From: a virus
IMG/VR virus record: IMGVR_UViG_3300035696_000001
Strand: one strand, 5' to 3'
DNA: 64,000 nt
The translations under genes were made by a program, and so were the position numbers. Below are positions 63,414 to 64,000 of this stretch, piece by piece. The notes under the pieces were generated by a model that made no database searches, had not been told where the DNA came from, and was given only the letters and a program-made list of their open reading frames with translations. How positions within the stretch are numbered: position 1 is the stretch's first letter; each line of letters starts with the position of its first letter.

Positions 63414-63750
63414 CGGCAAGCTGGGGTACCGGGTCATCAATCTCCTCGGCGCAACATTCCGCTTCCGCATCAAGCGGCTGGAGACGGAGTTCCTGTTTGC
63501 CGATGGCTCCGTCCATGTGTTCTCGAACTGGGACGTCAAGGGGTGCCGCGAGCGGTTCTACATGGAGGAGTTCGTCAACGTGCCCATAGACGAGTACCTG
63601 CGGATGGCCGCCGAGTCCGGCGAGATCGTGGAATACGGGATCAAGACTTCCGATGTCAGGAGGTTCGTTGAGCAGAAAGCGGAATTCTTCGAGGACTTGC
63701 TGCTCGCTGCGGCAGGCGACATGCCCCTCGACTCAAAAGAAAATTTATAA
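63397..63750 (+). CDS. Hypothetical protein
   Basis: 117-aa ORF. Confidence 0.4.
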   Translation: MENSNDGKLGYRVINLLGATFRFRIKRLETEFLFADGSVHVFSNWDVKGCRERFYMEEFVNVPIDEYLRMAAESGEIVEYGIKTSDVRRFVEQKAEFFEDLLLAAAGDMPLDSKENL

Positions 63751-63760
63751 GGCGATTGGT

Positions 63761-64000
63761 ATGAAAGACATCAAGGTCGAACTGGCACGGCTGCGGCAAG
63801 GGGTCAAGACTCTGAGCCAAATGGCAGACCTGCTGGTGATGGACAAGCAGGTGCGCATCCTGTCTGACTACAACGGTCAGCCATACGGCAGGTCTCGGTG
63901 CTCGCTGCGCGGGCAGATCATGACGGTTGAACGGGCGCACATTGACCCGCACTGGGGTGTCTTTTTGTTCCTTCGAGGGGAGAGGGTCTTGATCAGAGAA
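63761..64000 (+). CDS. Hypothetical protein, 5'-partial in window (continues past 64000)
   Basis: MKDIKVELARLRQG... runs open to the window end. Confidence 0.35.
   Translation, partial: MKDIKVELARLRQGVKTLSQMADLLVMDKQVRILSDYNGQPYGRSRCSLRGQIMTVERAHIDPHWGVFLFLRGERVLIRE

Noticed and set aside
1-64000. CRISPR arrays, rRNA, integrase or att sites
   Set aside because: No spaced direct-repeat arrays, rRNA-like segments or tyrosine/serine recombinase motifs were seen. Prophage integration status cannot be judged from this window.

Overview
This high-GC window (~60% GC) reads as a segment of a large tailed dsDNA phage or prophage, not bacterial core genome. The reasons: operons are tightly coupled by ATGA/GTGA overlaps, at least 7 homing-endonuclease genes (HNH and GIY-YIG) sit in lower-GC islands, and it carries T4-like Pnkp and RNA ligase, ThyX, dCMP deaminase, peptide deformylase and a tail-fibre-like structural gene. 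No tRNA gene, rRNA or CRISPR array was recognised.

Block A (1-20481) is entirely on the minus strand. It holds a 3'-partial G/S/T-rich structural (tail-fibre-like) gene that the ORF track missed, a small virion-associated gene and an HNH endonuclease. These are followed by an ~18 kb, ~24-gene glycan-biosynthesis island:
- a heptose nucleotide-sugar pathway (transaldolase, GmhA-GmhB fusion, HddA-like GHMP kinase, HldD-like epimerase);
- several SDR epimerases and oxidoreductases;
- four SAM-dependent (TylF/CmcI-like) sugar O-methyltransferases;
- four Fringe/GT31-like glycosyltransferases, two GT2, one GT32-like;
- an unambiguous GT11 alpha-1,2-fucosyltransferase and a GT6 (ABO-like) transferase.

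Block B (20668-64000) is almost entirely on the plus strand. It holds:
- a Ro60/Rsr (TROVE+vWA) gene preceded by a 300-bp structured non-coding region with a GGUCCGA T-arm-like hairpin (candidate Y RNA);
- a dispersed tRNA/RNA-repair toolkit (Pnkp, RNA ligase, CCA-adding enzyme, histidine phosphatase, Thg1-like 3'-5' polymerase);
- a GT-C (ArnT/PMT-like) membrane glycosyltransferase split by one in-frame TGA;
- a SNF2 helicase, dual-specificity phosphatase, HD-GYP-like gene with an apparent frameshift, IscU+IscA Fe-S assembly genes, ParB-like nuclease, and a deaminase-Nudix-ThyX-(HNH::dCMP deaminase) nucleotide block;
- many small hypothetical ORFs and a repeated promoter-like 20-30 nt motif.
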